From the NCBI GenBank assembly GCA_016235055.1, contig JACRMK010000056.1, positions 23,359 through 87,358 of the forward strand: a stretch of DNA of 64,000 nucleotides. The letters are read 5' to 3'. Positions 48,593 through 57,342 of the stretch are shown piece by piece. Made by a program: the position numbers and the translations under genes. This DNA is from Chloroflexota bacterium (GTDB lineage Bacteria; Chloroflexota; Anaerolineae; JACRMK01). How positions within the stretch are numbered: the stretch's first letter is position 1; every line of letters begins with the position of its first letter. The notes below the pieces were generated by a model. The model had not been told where the DNA came from. It saw only the letters and a program-made list of their open reading frames with translations, and ran no database searches.

Positions 48593-49063
48593 TCAACTGG
48601 ATCCCGCATCGGGCTCGGCATCGCCGCGGGCACGGCCGATCGCCTGCTTTTCTTCGTTCGACAGCGTATAGGTGGATAGCCACGCGACGAGCGGCTTGGC
48701 AAACACGCGGCTTTCATTGCGGCGGTACAGGCCGTTGATGACGACGCCGTTGCCGTTCGCGTCCGCAATGCAGAGCGCGAAGCTCTGGTCGCCGCCGGTG
48801 TCCTCGAACGGATTGAACCGCACAATGCCGACCCGCTGGAGCGCGGAGGGCAGTTGCGCTTGCACTGCGGCCAGCGCAGCCTGTTCGTCGGAACTGAATT
48901 GCACAGACGCGGCCGGTCGGGTCGCCATGCGCAGCGCCGACTGCAGCCGATCGATCCGGCGGTGCAGAAGCAGTATCCAGAGTTCGAGAATGAGAACCAG
49001 AAACGCCAGCACAATCCACGCTTCGGCAGCGCGGGCCTGAAAAAACGCATTAAGAGCTTCCAC
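48593..49063 (-). CDS. DUF4446-family membrane-anchored protein
   Basis: N-terminal TM helix AWIVLAFLVLILELWILLL, and a conserved C-terminal block RFNPFEDTGGDQSFALCIADANGNGVVINGLYRRNESRVFAKPL. The start is reset to GTG, preceded by GGAGGTG. Confidence 0.6.
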   Translation of the reverse strand: MEALNAFFQARAAEAWIVLAFLVLILELWILLLHRRIDRLQSALRMATRPAASVQFSSDEQAALAAVQAQLPSALQRVGIVRFNPFEDTGGDQSFALCIADANGNGVVINGLYRRNESRVFAKPLVAWLSTYTLSNEEKQAIGRARGDAEPDAGSS

Positions 49064-49164
49064 GCAATGACACCTCCAACGAATTTTGATTGTAGTGGAG
49101 AGCGGTCTGATCGACAACTTGCGAACAACGCGTTGCACGCCAGATCCAATTCGGGCCGGACAGC

Positions 49165-49782
49165 ATGCACACCAAACTCCTGATCGCCACGCACAATCAG
49201 GGCAAGGTACGCGAGTTTGCGCACATCTTTGCCGATCTGCCGCTCACGCTCCTGTCGCTTGACGACGCGGGAGTGACGTGGGAAGTGGAGGAGACGGGCG
49301 CGACGTTCGAGGCCAACGCGCGGCTGAAAGCTGAGGCGTATTGCAGGGCAACCGGCCTGCCGACGCTGGCGGAAGATTCAGGACTGGAGGTCGATGCACT
49401 CGACGGCGCGCCAGGCGTGTATTCGGCCCGCTATGGTGGTCCCGGCCTGACGCCCGTGCAACGCTACGAGTTGCTGCTCGAGCGCATGCGCGCCATCCCG
49501 GCGGGTCAGCGCCAGGCGCGCTTTCGCAGCGTGATTGCGCTGGCCGCGCCCGGCCGGCCGCCGCAGGTCGCGGAGGGCGCGTGCCCCGGCGAGATCGCCG
49601 GCACGCCCCGCGGTGCCGGCGGCTTTGGCTACGACCCGGTCTTCTTCATGCCGGAATTCGGCCGCACGATGGCCGAGCTTTCCCTGGAGGAAAAGAATCG
49701 CGCCAGCCATCGTGCCCGCGCCGCCCGGGCCGCCCACGACAAGCTGCGCGCAATGCTCGACGCCGCTAACCCCGCTCAATGA
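49165..49782 (+). CDS. rdgB: RdgB/HAM1 non-canonical purine NTP pyrophosphatase (dITP/XTP)
   Basis: LIATHNQGKVREF, EDSGLEVDALDGAPGVYSARY, FGYDPVF. Confidence 0.9.
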   Translation: MHTKLLIATHNQGKVREFAHIFADLPLTLLSLDDAGVTWEVEETGATFEANARLKAEAYCRATGLPTLAEDSGLEVDALDGAPGVYSARYGGPGLTPVQRYELLLERMRAIPAGQRQARFRSVIALAAPGRPPQVAEGACPGEIAGTPRGAGGFGYDPVFFMPEFGRTMAELSLEEKNRASHRARAARAAHDKLRAMLDAANPAQ

Positions 49783-50266
49783 GCGCGCGCATGCGCGCCG
49801 ACTGGCAGTGGCAGAGCGCCACGGCCAGCGCGTCCGCTGCGTCGTCCGGATGCGGTGTATGATCGAGTTGCAGCACCATGCGCACCATCTGCTGCACCTG
49901 GTCTTTGGTCGCCCGCCCGTAACCGACCAGCGCCTGCTTCACCTCGAGCGGCGTATATTCGTGCACCGGCACGCCCGCCATCGCAGCCGCCAGCAGCAGG
50001 ACGCCGCGCGCCTGGCCGACCGACAGCGCCGTGGTGACGTTGCGGTTGAAGAATAGTTTCTCGACCGCGACCACCGCTACCTGCTCGCTCTTCATCAGGT
50101 CGGCGGCGCCCAGGAAAATGAGCCTCAACCGCTCGGGCATCGGCATCTCCGGCGGCGTGATGATGGCGCCATAACGCAGCAGGCGCGGGTTGTCGCCCTC
50201 GCCCTCCACCACACCGTATCCGGTGGTCGCCGTGCCCGGGTCGAGGCCCAGCACACGCAGGCTCAT
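49766..50266 (-). CDS. ruvC: crossover junction endodeoxyribonuclease RuvC
   Basis: VLGLDPGTATTGYGV ... YTPLEVKQALVGYGRATKDQVQQMV ... DAADALAVALCH. Confidence 0.9.
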   Translation of the reverse strand: MSLRVLGLDPGTATTGYGVVEGEGDNPRLLRYGAIITPPEMPMPERLRLIFLGAADLMKSEQVAVVAVEKLFFNRNVTTALSVGQARGVLLLAAAMAGVPVHEYTPLEVKQALVGYGRATKDQVQQMVRMVLQLDHTPHPDDAADALAVALCHCQSARMRALIERG

Positions 50267-50278
50267 GGCCGCCAGGCT

Positions 50279-51031
50279 TTACGCCGCTTCCAACTGCTGC
50301 AGCACCGCGTCCGAGATCACGAGGTTTGTATAGACGTGCTGAATGTCGTCCAGTTCTTCCAGCACCTCGACCAGCCGCAGTGTCGAGGCGGTCTCGTCTA
50401 TGCTGAGTTCGATCGGGTTCTTGGCAATCATCTGAAGCTCGGCCGACTCGTAGGCGATCTTTTTCCGGTCGAGCGTCTGCTGGACTTTCTGCAGGTCATG
50501 GGGCGCAGTGTACACTTCGAGCGTCGTGCCGTCGATATTGACATCCTCGGCGCCGTAGTCGATCATTTCCAGCGCTAGTTCGTCGGCATCGCGGCCCTTC
50601 GCTTCGATCGCGATCACACCCTTGTAGTCGAACATCCATCCCACACTGCCGGACTCGCCCATACGGCCGCCGTGGCGATTCAGCGACGCGCGAATGTCGG
50701 CGACCGTGCGGTTGCGGTTGTCGGACAGCGTCAAAATCATCAGCGCCGAGCCGCCCGGGCCGATCGCTTCGTAGGCGGCCTCCTCCAGCGTAGCACCTTC
50801 GAGCTCGCCGGTGCCGCGCTTGATCGCGCGCTCGATATTTTCCTTCGGCATGTTGGCCGCGCGTGCCTTCGTCACGATCATGCGCAGGTTGATATTGCCA
50901 TCGGGGTCGCCGCCGCCGCCGCGCGCCGCCAGCGTCAGTTCGCGCCCGATCTTGGTGAATAACTGGCCGCGCTTGGCATCGGCCGCGCCCTTCTTGCGTT
51001 TGATCGTTGCCCATTTGGAATGACCGGACAT
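50279..51031 (-). CDS. yebC: YebC/PmpR family DNA-binding transcriptional regulator
   Basis: MSGHSKWATIKRKKGAADAKRG is the canonical N-terminus. Confidence 0.9.
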   Translation of the reverse strand: MSGHSKWATIKRKKGAADAKRGQLFTKIGRELTLAARGGGGDPDGNINLRMIVTKARAANMPKENIERAIKRGTGELEGATLEEAAYEAIGPGGSALMILTLSDNRNRTVADIRASLNRHGGRMGESGSVGWMFDYKGVIAIEAKGRDADELALEMIDYGAEDVNIDGTTLEVYTAPHDLQKVQQTLDRKKIAYESAELQMIAKNPIELSIDETASTLRLVEVLEELDDIQHVYTNLVISDAVLQQLEAA

Positions 51032-51215
51032 ACCCGCTAACTCCGCACGTGAAATTGATGGATTGAGGATGCGCTTGCCGGCAACCGTGCCGCTCGCGCC
51101 GCATGTTGACTACAGCACATTATACACGGGGCGGTCATGAATTCCCAATCACAAACGCCAAGCGCCAGGGTCATTCAATTGTCATAGTGCATGATGATTA
51201 TCCGACGAAACGGGC

Positions 51216-51286
51216 GCTGAGCGGCACAAGACGCCGTCGAAGCGCGCGCATATCCCTGCCCTTCGACGGCGTTGTGCGCCGCTCAG
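51216..51286. repeat. long imperfect inverted repeat (about 25-bp arms) in the yebC / LysM intergenic region
   Basis: gctgagcggcacaagacgccgtcgaag ... cttcgacggcgttgtgcgccgctcag. Confidence 0.35.
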
Positions 51287-51340
51287 GGCACGATCTCACG
51301 CTTTGTCAAGCGACCTTTGAATCGCCCTGCGCCAAGCGCA

Positions 51341-52048
51341 CTATCGCCGTATCGTATAGCTGTCGATCACGACGCCGTTGCGGTCTTTCAGCGTCGCCGT
51401 GTCGTTGGCGTCCCACACCGACGTCGTGCGGCCCCAGTACAAGTCTGCCGCCGTGTCGAGCCCGTTCTCGCTGTGCAGCCGCAGCGACGTGTTCGGCTCG
51501 ACCACAATATCCGGAAATGCGTAGAGGTTGCCATGCAGGTCGGCCAGCGACCAGCCTTTGAGGTTCAAGCGCGCTCCGAGATTCTGGATGATCACCGTCT
51601 CGCCGCCCGGCGACGGCGGCGTCGTCGAGCGCAGGATCGCCGAGATGCGCAGGATCGGCGCGGGCGACGCGGCCGATGCGATGGTGGATACGGCGGGCGG
51701 GGTCAGATCAGGCGGGGGGATCGTCAATGCCTGCCCGACGGTAAGCAGGTTAGGATTGGTAATACCGTTGGCCTGCATGAGCGCCGACGTCGGTATACCA
51801 TAGGTGGCCGCAATCGTCGACAGGGTGTCGCCCGGCTTGACGATATACTGGATCGCTTGCGTACGCCGCACAGCCGTCGGCGATAACGCCGCAACGGGCG
51901 CCGCAACCGTCGTGGCGTCAGGCCCGGCGACCGCCGCCACCCGTGACCCGGCAATGGAAAACGAAACGATGACAACTATCGTGCTGATGACAGCCGACAC
52001 GATCGCGTTCACCACGATCACGAATACGAACTGATCGCGATTGATCAC
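51341..52048 (-). CDS. LysM domain protein with C-terminal lamin-tail-like domain, N-terminal TM anchor
   Basis: LysM: YIVKPGDTLSTIAATYGIPTSALMQANGITNPNLLTVGQALTIP. C-terminus: GWSLADLHGNLYAFPDIVVEPNTSLRLHS (LTD-like). Confidence 0.8.
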   Translation of the reverse strand: MINRDQFVFVIVVNAIVSAVISTIVVIVSFSIAGSRVAAVAGPDATTVAAPVAALSPTAVRRTQAIQYIVKPGDTLSTIAATYGIPTSALMQANGITNPNLLTVGQALTIPPPDLTPPAVSTIASAASPAPILRISAILRSTTPPSPGGETVIIQNLGARLNLKGWSLADLHGNLYAFPDIVVEPNTSLRLHSENGLDTAADLYWGRTTSVWDANDTATLKDRNGVVIDSYTIRR

Positions 52049-52072
52049 ACGCCCTCCGCTATCGGCCGCCGG

Positions 52073-52432
52073 CTACGCGGCCTGCGCCGCCGACCGGTTG
52101 CTGCACTTGCCGCTCAGTACGCCGCCTTCTTCGATCAGGATCGAGCCAACGTCCACGTCCCCGACAACCTGGCCGCCCGCCAGGATGGCCAATTGACCGA
52201 CCGTCCGTACGTTGCCTGTGACCTTGCCGGAAACCAGAATGTCGCGGCCGGTCAAATTGGCGCCGACCCGCGCCGCTTTGCCGACGATGATATTGCCGTC
52301 GGTCTCAATGCTGCCGTCGAAGATACCCTCCACGCGCACGCCGCCCTTGCACTTGAGGTCGCCATCAAAGCTGGCGTTGGCGCTCAGGATGGTTTCGAAC
52401 TGTTCAGACGCGCGGTTGAAGCGGAACATGGC
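52073..52432 (-). CDS. bactofilin family polymer-forming cytoskeletal protein
   Basis: Beta-helical repeats IEGIFDGSIETDGNIIVGKAARVGANLTGRDILVSGKVTGNV. The start is reset to MFRFNR. Confidence 0.75.
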   Translation of the reverse strand, partial: AMFRFNRASEQFETILSANASFDGDLKCKGGVRVEGIFDGSIETDGNIIVGKAARVGANLTGRDILVSGKVTGNVRTVGQLAILAGGQVVGDVDVGSILIEEGGVLSGKCSNRSAAQAA

Positions 52433-52454
52433 AACCTTTAGGGCGTTGGGCCGG

Positions 52455-53489
52455 CTATGGCGCCAGGTCGAGGAAGCGCATCGGATCGAGCGCCTGGCCG
52501 CGCAGCCGCACCTCATAGTGAACGTGCGGCCCGTTCGCGTAGCCGGACTGTCCGCTGAGCGCCACTACATCGCCGGCCTGCACCGTCTGGCCGACCTTGA
52601 CTTTGAGGCTGCTGTTGTGGCCGTAGTATGTAACGTACCCCAAATCATGCGCGATCTCGACAAGATTGCCATAGCCTTCGGCCCACCCGGCATAGATAAC
52701 GGTGCCTTCCTTGGTGGCCTTGACCGGCGTAAAATACCAGACGCCGATATCCAATCCCGTGTGGAATTCGCGCTTCGTATCATCGAACAGCGCTTTGCGC
52801 CAGCCGAACTCGGATGTGATGCGCCCGCGCACCGGCCACAACGTCGGCGCCGCCGCGAGCAGTTTGAGCTGCGCCTCAAGTTCAGACTGGCTGCCGCGCT
52901 TGGTCGGATCGATCTTGGATACGCGCAACAGCGACTGGCTGGCCAGGTACTGCAATTCTTTCGCGGCCCACGGTATCGACGGTTGCAGCGCGTCGAGCAC
53001 TTGCGCGCTCTCGACGGCAAGCAGCATGGACCCGCTGGATGCGCTCAGCGGGTCGGCGCTACCGCCGCCACGCGCCTGGGGCAGCACGCCGGGGATGTAT
53101 GACTGCGGCGTGGGAGCGGGAATCACAGGCGATGGTCCCTTCGGCAGACCCAGCAACTGCCGCACCTGGTCGCTCAGCTTGCGGATACCGTCCAGCTCGG
53201 ATTGAATCTGGCGCACTTCGTCGCTCAACTGCTTGACGTCCCCCTGTTGCGACAGGATGATCGAGCGCATGCCCCGGCTGCGATCCGATTCCACCGATTG
53301 GGCTTGCACCACCTGATCATAGCGTTCCGAAAGCTGCCGGTATCGAACGAGCAGATAGCCAACCACAAGCAACAGGGCGATGACAATTGCAGCCAGCGAG
53401 GGAGCCAGCCAGCGTGGGAAACTCAACGTAAGCGTCGCCGACTCATTGTGCGGAACAATGATCAGTGTAATATTGCGGTTCTTCTTCAT
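52455..53489 (-). CDS. M23 family metallopeptidase (LytM-like) with N-terminal TM and coiled-coil region
   Basis: HTGLDIG ... GYGNLVEIAHDLGYVTYYGHNS ... GPHVHYEV (HxxxD / HxH zinc motifs). Confidence 0.85.
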   Translation of the reverse strand: MKKNRNITLIIVPHNESATLTLSFPRWLAPSLAAIVIALLLVVGYLLVRYRQLSERYDQVVQAQSVESDRSRGMRSIILSQQGDVKQLSDEVRQIQSELDGIRKLSDQVRQLLGLPKGPSPVIPAPTPQSYIPGVLPQARGGGSADPLSASSGSMLLAVESAQVLDALQPSIPWAAKELQYLASQSLLRVSKIDPTKRGSQSELEAQLKLLAAAPTLWPVRGRITSEFGWRKALFDDTKREFHTGLDIGVWYFTPVKATKEGTVIYAGWAEGYGNLVEIAHDLGYVTYYGHNSSLKVKVGQTVQAGDVVALSGQSGYANGPHVHYEVRLRGQALDPMRFLDLAP

Positions 53490-53595
53490 GCGTCTACGAT
53501 GATAACGGCATCATTTCGGCCTGTCAAAGCCCGCTTTGACACCGGACGTTGACGCATTTACCGATTACCGCGCTTATGCAGCCACTCCAAGCGAA

Positions 53596-55461
53596 TCACG
53601 GTCTGCGGCCGCCCCTCGCAGCCTGCGCATCGACTTCGCGCTCGCGCACTTCGCGTCGGTAGTTCATGGTATACAGCCCGAAGTACGCGCCCCTACGCGC
53701 GAGCAGTTCAACATGCGTGCCGCGCTCGACGATGCGACCTGCGCCGATGACGACGATCTGGTCGGCGCGCGTGATCGTGCTCAGGCGGTGCGCGATCACA
53801 AATGCGGTGCGGCCCTTCAAGAGGCGCTCCAGCGCCCGCTGGATGTTCTGCTCCGATTGGGTATCGATAGACGATGTCGCTTCGTCCAGAACCAGGATGC
53901 GCGGATCGGCCAGTAGGGCGCGCGCAAATGAGACAAGCTGGCGCTGCCCCATCGACAGCGAAACGCCGCCCTCGCCAACCTGGGTGCGGTAGCCGCCGGG
54001 CAGCGCCGCGATGAATTCGTGCGCGCCCACCGTACGCGCCGCCTCTTGCACCTCCGCGTCGCTCGCGGCCAGCCGTCCGTACCGGATGTTGTCGGCGATG
54101 GTCCCGCTGAACAGGAACGTCGCCTGTAACACGACCCCCATCTGCCGGCGCAGCGATTCGCGCGTCACCTGCCGGATGTCGTGCCCGTCGATCGTGATCC
54201 GTCCCTGGCGCACGTCGTAGAACCGGCTGAGCAGCGCCACCAGCGAGCTTTTGCCGGCGCCCGTCTCGCCCACAAACGCCACCGTCTGTCCCGGCGCCAC
54301 GTCGAGATCGATGTCGTGCAGCACGTCGACCGCTTCGCCATACCCAAACGAGACGTGCTCGATCCGCACGTGCCCGACGATTGCGGGCAGCGCAACGGCG
54401 TCCGGCGCTTGCAAAATGGCCGGCTGCGTGTCGAGCAACTCGATGATGCGCTCGCCGCTGGCCATCGTGGCCTGAAGCGTATTGTAGCGCTGCGTGATAT
54501 CGCGGATCGGGTCGAAGAAGCGGTCCACGTACAGCACCATAGCCACCAGCACCCCGGGCGTCAATTCACCCGACAGCACAGCCGCCCCGCCAAAACCGAC
54601 CAGCAGTGCCGTCGCCAGTGAGCCGATGAAGTCAATCGCCGGGTAAAACAGCGCGGAAAGCTGCGCCGCGCTCATGTTGGCATCGAAATTGTCGCGGTTC
54701 AGGCGATCAAAGTGAGTAGCGTTGACCTGCTCGCGCGAGAACGCCTGCACCACGCGCACACCGGCGATACTCTCATTGAGATTGGCGTTGACGACCGCGA
54801 TCCGGCGGCGCACCTGGCGGTACGCCTCGCGTGCGCGAGCCCGCCAGAGCATCGTCACGATGAACATGAGCGGGATCACGGTGAACGTCAGCAGCGAGAG
54901 CGGCACGTTAAGCGACAGCATCGCAAACACGATGCCGACCAGCGTGAAGATGTCCATGAACAGCCCGACAATCGCCCAGGTGACAAACTCCTGCATGACG
55001 CCCACATCGCCGATCACGCGCGAAATGATGCGCCCGACCTCATAGTGGTCGTAGAACGACAGCGTCAGTTCCTGCAGGTGCGCAAACAGCCGGTTGCGCA
55101 GGCTGTAGATCAGCGTCTGTCCGACTTTGGACATCATGTAGATCTGCGCGAAGTTGGTCACCGCATTGCCGGCCGCCGCCGCCGTGTACGCGATTGCCAT
55201 GGCGGCGAGGAACGGCAGGTCGTGGTTGGCTATCCCCTGGTCAATGGCCAGGCGAATCAGGTACGGCCCCGCCAGCCCGCTCACGGCGCGCACGAGCATC
55301 ACGACGAACGCAACCGCAATCGTCCGCCGGTACGGCGTCATCAGTTCCAGCAGACGCTGCATGACGCGCGCGTCGTAGGCCTTGCCGAGCACGTCCTCGT
55401 CCGACAGTCGCTGTGACTTGCTGTTTGCCGCGCCCGGCGCGGGTCTGGTTGGTGCGCTCAT
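53596..55461 (-). CDS. ABC transporter ATP-binding/permease protein (type I exporter half-transporter)
   Basis: 6-TM domain plus NBD (GETGAGKSS, LSMGQRQ, ILVLDEATS). The start is reset to MSAPTRP, which gives a 1-nt TGATG overlap with the upstream partner. Confidence 0.85.
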   Translation of the reverse strand: MSAPTRPAPGAANSKSQRLSDEDVLGKAYDARVMQRLLELMTPYRRTIAVAFVVMLVRAVSGLAGPYLIRLAIDQGIANHDLPFLAAMAIAYTAAAAGNAVTNFAQIYMMSKVGQTLIYSLRNRLFAHLQELTLSFYDHYEVGRIISRVIGDVGVMQEFVTWAIVGLFMDIFTLVGIVFAMLSLNVPLSLLTFTVIPLMFIVTMLWRARAREAYRQVRRRIAVVNANLNESIAGVRVVQAFSREQVNATHFDRLNRDNFDANMSAAQLSALFYPAIDFIGSLATALLVGFGGAAVLSGELTPGVLVAMVLYVDRFFDPIRDITQRYNTLQATMASGERIIELLDTQPAILQAPDAVALPAIVGHVRIEHVSFGYGEAVDVLHDIDLDVAPGQTVAFVGETGAGKSSLVALLSRFYDVRQGRITIDGHDIRQVTRESLRRQMGVVLQATFLFSGTIADNIRYGRLAASDAEVQEAARTVGAHEFIAALPGGYRTQVGEGGVSLSMGQRQLVSFARALLADPRILVLDEATSSIDTQSEQNIQRALERLLKGRTAFVIAHRLSTITRADQIVVIGAGRIVERGTHVELLARRGAYFGLYTMNYRREVREREVDAQAARGGRRP

Positions 55462-57242
55462 CACTCCGCCACCTGGAACGTCACACCTTCGGCGGCAAAC
55501 GTGTTCGCCGCGGCGGCGGCCTCCTGGTCTCTTAGTTGAAGATCGTAGATGCGCCGGTACAGTCCGGGCGCCGCCACCAGTTCCGCGTGCGTCCCGCGCT
55601 GCACAACCCGTCCATGGTCGAGGACGATGATCTGATCGGCGTGTTTCAGCGTCACCAGCCGCTGCGCGACTACAAACGTCGTGCGCCCACACATCAGCGT
55701 GGCCAGCGCCTGCTGGATCTGGTATTCCGTCTCGGTATCCACGGCCGACAGCGAATCATCGAGCACCAGGATGCGCGGATCCATCAGCAGCGCGCGCGCA
55801 ATCGCAATACGCTGGCGCTGGCCGCCCGACAGCGTGATGCCGCGCTCGCCGACGCGCGTTTCATAGCCGTCCGGCAGTTCCATGATAAAGTCGTGCGCAC
55901 GCGCGGCGCGCGCGGCCGCGACCACGCGCTCCAGATCGGCATCACGGTTGAAGTAGGCGATGTTCTCACGCACCGTGGTCGAGAACAGAAACGTCTCCTG
56001 CAGGACGATGCCGACCTGCCGGCGCAGCGAAGCCAGCGGCACGTCGCGGATATCGCGGCCGTCGACCATGATGCGACCGCCGGTCACGTCATAGAACCGT
56101 GGCAGCAGACTGATGATGGTGCTCTTGCCCGAGCCGGTCGGCCCCATCAGCGCGACAACCTGGTTCGGGCGCGCGTCAAACGAGACATCGTGGAGCACGG
56201 TGTCGCGATCATACGCAAACGACACATTCTCGAACCGCACATGCCCGGCCACCTCGCCCAGCGCAGTCGCCGCCGGCTTCTCCAAGATCGGCGACGGCAG
56301 ATCCAGGATCTCGAACAGGCGCTCGCCCGACGCCTGCGCGTTGGACATGATGTTCACCAGGAACCCCAGCCGCTGCACCGGCAGCGCCAGCATGACCAGG
56401 TATGAGTTGAATGCGAACAGCTCGCCGACGCTGATCTCGCCCCGGATGACCATCAGCCCGCCGAACCAGAGTAGCAGCGCCACCGATGCCGCAATTACGA
56501 AATTCATGAACGGGAAGGTGCGCGCCCACGAGCGCACAACCGCCAGCCGGTCGCCCAGGTAGAGCGAATTCTCGTGCCGGAACCGCTCGATTTCGTGCGC
56601 CTCGCGCGCAAACGCCTTGACGACGCGCACGCCGGTCAGGTTCTCCTGCAGTGCCGTGCTCATGCGGCCCATCTGATCCTGGGCGCGTTTGGACAGCGTG
56701 CGCTGCCGGCGCGCAAACGTGAACGTCACCCAGATCAGGATGGGCATCGGCAACATCGTGACAAGCGTCAGCGGTACGCTGGCCGCGCACATCGCCACAA
56801 CGGTGCCGGCAAACAGCAGCACGATGGTCACGAGGTCTATCAGACCATTGCCGGTAAAGCGGGTCACGGCGTCGATATCGCTGGTTGCGCGCGCCATCAG
56901 GTCGCCCGTGTGCGCCTTGTCATGAAAGGCGAACGCCAGTCGCTGGTACCGCTCGTACAGTTGACCGCGCAGGTCGTACCCGGTCCGGTTGGCGATCCAC
57001 TCCGTCAGATACATCCGCCCGAAGCCGAACAGGCCGCGCAGCGCCGCCACCGCCAGGATCAGCCCGCCGGAGACGACCAGCACATTGGAATCGCGCTGGG
57101 ACAATCCCTGGTCGATCACCTGCCGGATCAACTGAGGCACGACCAGGTTGAGCGCCGTGGCGCCCAGCACGCAGGCGTACGCCAGCGCTACCGGCCTCCC
57201 GTGGGGCCGCAGCGTGGCGAGTAAACGCAGGAGCATATTCAC
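55461..57242 (-). CDS. ABC transporter ATP-binding/permease protein (type I exporter half-transporter, partner of the downstream gene)
   Basis: 6-TM domain plus NBD (GPTGSGKST, LSGGQRQ, ILVLDDSLS). Confidence 0.85.
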   Translation of the reverse strand: MNMLLRLLATLRPHGRPVALAYACVLGATALNLVVPQLIRQVIDQGLSQRDSNVLVVSGGLILAVAALRGLFGFGRMYLTEWIANRTGYDLRGQLYERYQRLAFAFHDKAHTGDLMARATSDIDAVTRFTGNGLIDLVTIVLLFAGTVVAMCAASVPLTLVTMLPMPILIWVTFTFARRQRTLSKRAQDQMGRMSTALQENLTGVRVVKAFAREAHEIERFRHENSLYLGDRLAVVRSWARTFPFMNFVIAASVALLLWFGGLMVIRGEISVGELFAFNSYLVMLALPVQRLGFLVNIMSNAQASGERLFEILDLPSPILEKPAATALGEVAGHVRFENVSFAYDRDTVLHDVSFDARPNQVVALMGPTGSGKSTIISLLPRFYDVTGGRIMVDGRDIRDVPLASLRRQVGIVLQETFLFSTTVRENIAYFNRDADLERVVAAARAARAHDFIMELPDGYETRVGERGITLSGGQRQRIAIARALLMDPRILVLDDSLSAVDTETEYQIQQALATLMCGRTTFVVAQRLVTLKHADQIIVLDHGRVVQRGTHAELVAAPGLYRRIYDLQLRDQEAAAAANTFAAEGVTFQVAE

Positions 57243-57342
57243 CGGATGAGTATAGGCTCAGCCCGGCGCGCGCGCCAAATCGCCAGCCGCGCGCCGGGCC
57301 ATGCCAATTGCGTCGCGCCGTGTTTGCCGCTAAACTCCCTGC

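Noticed and set aside
53596-55692. 698-aa version of the downstream ABC exporter
   Set aside because: The first 77 residues are translated across the partner gene's 3' end. The MSAPTRP start gives the classical stop/start overlap.
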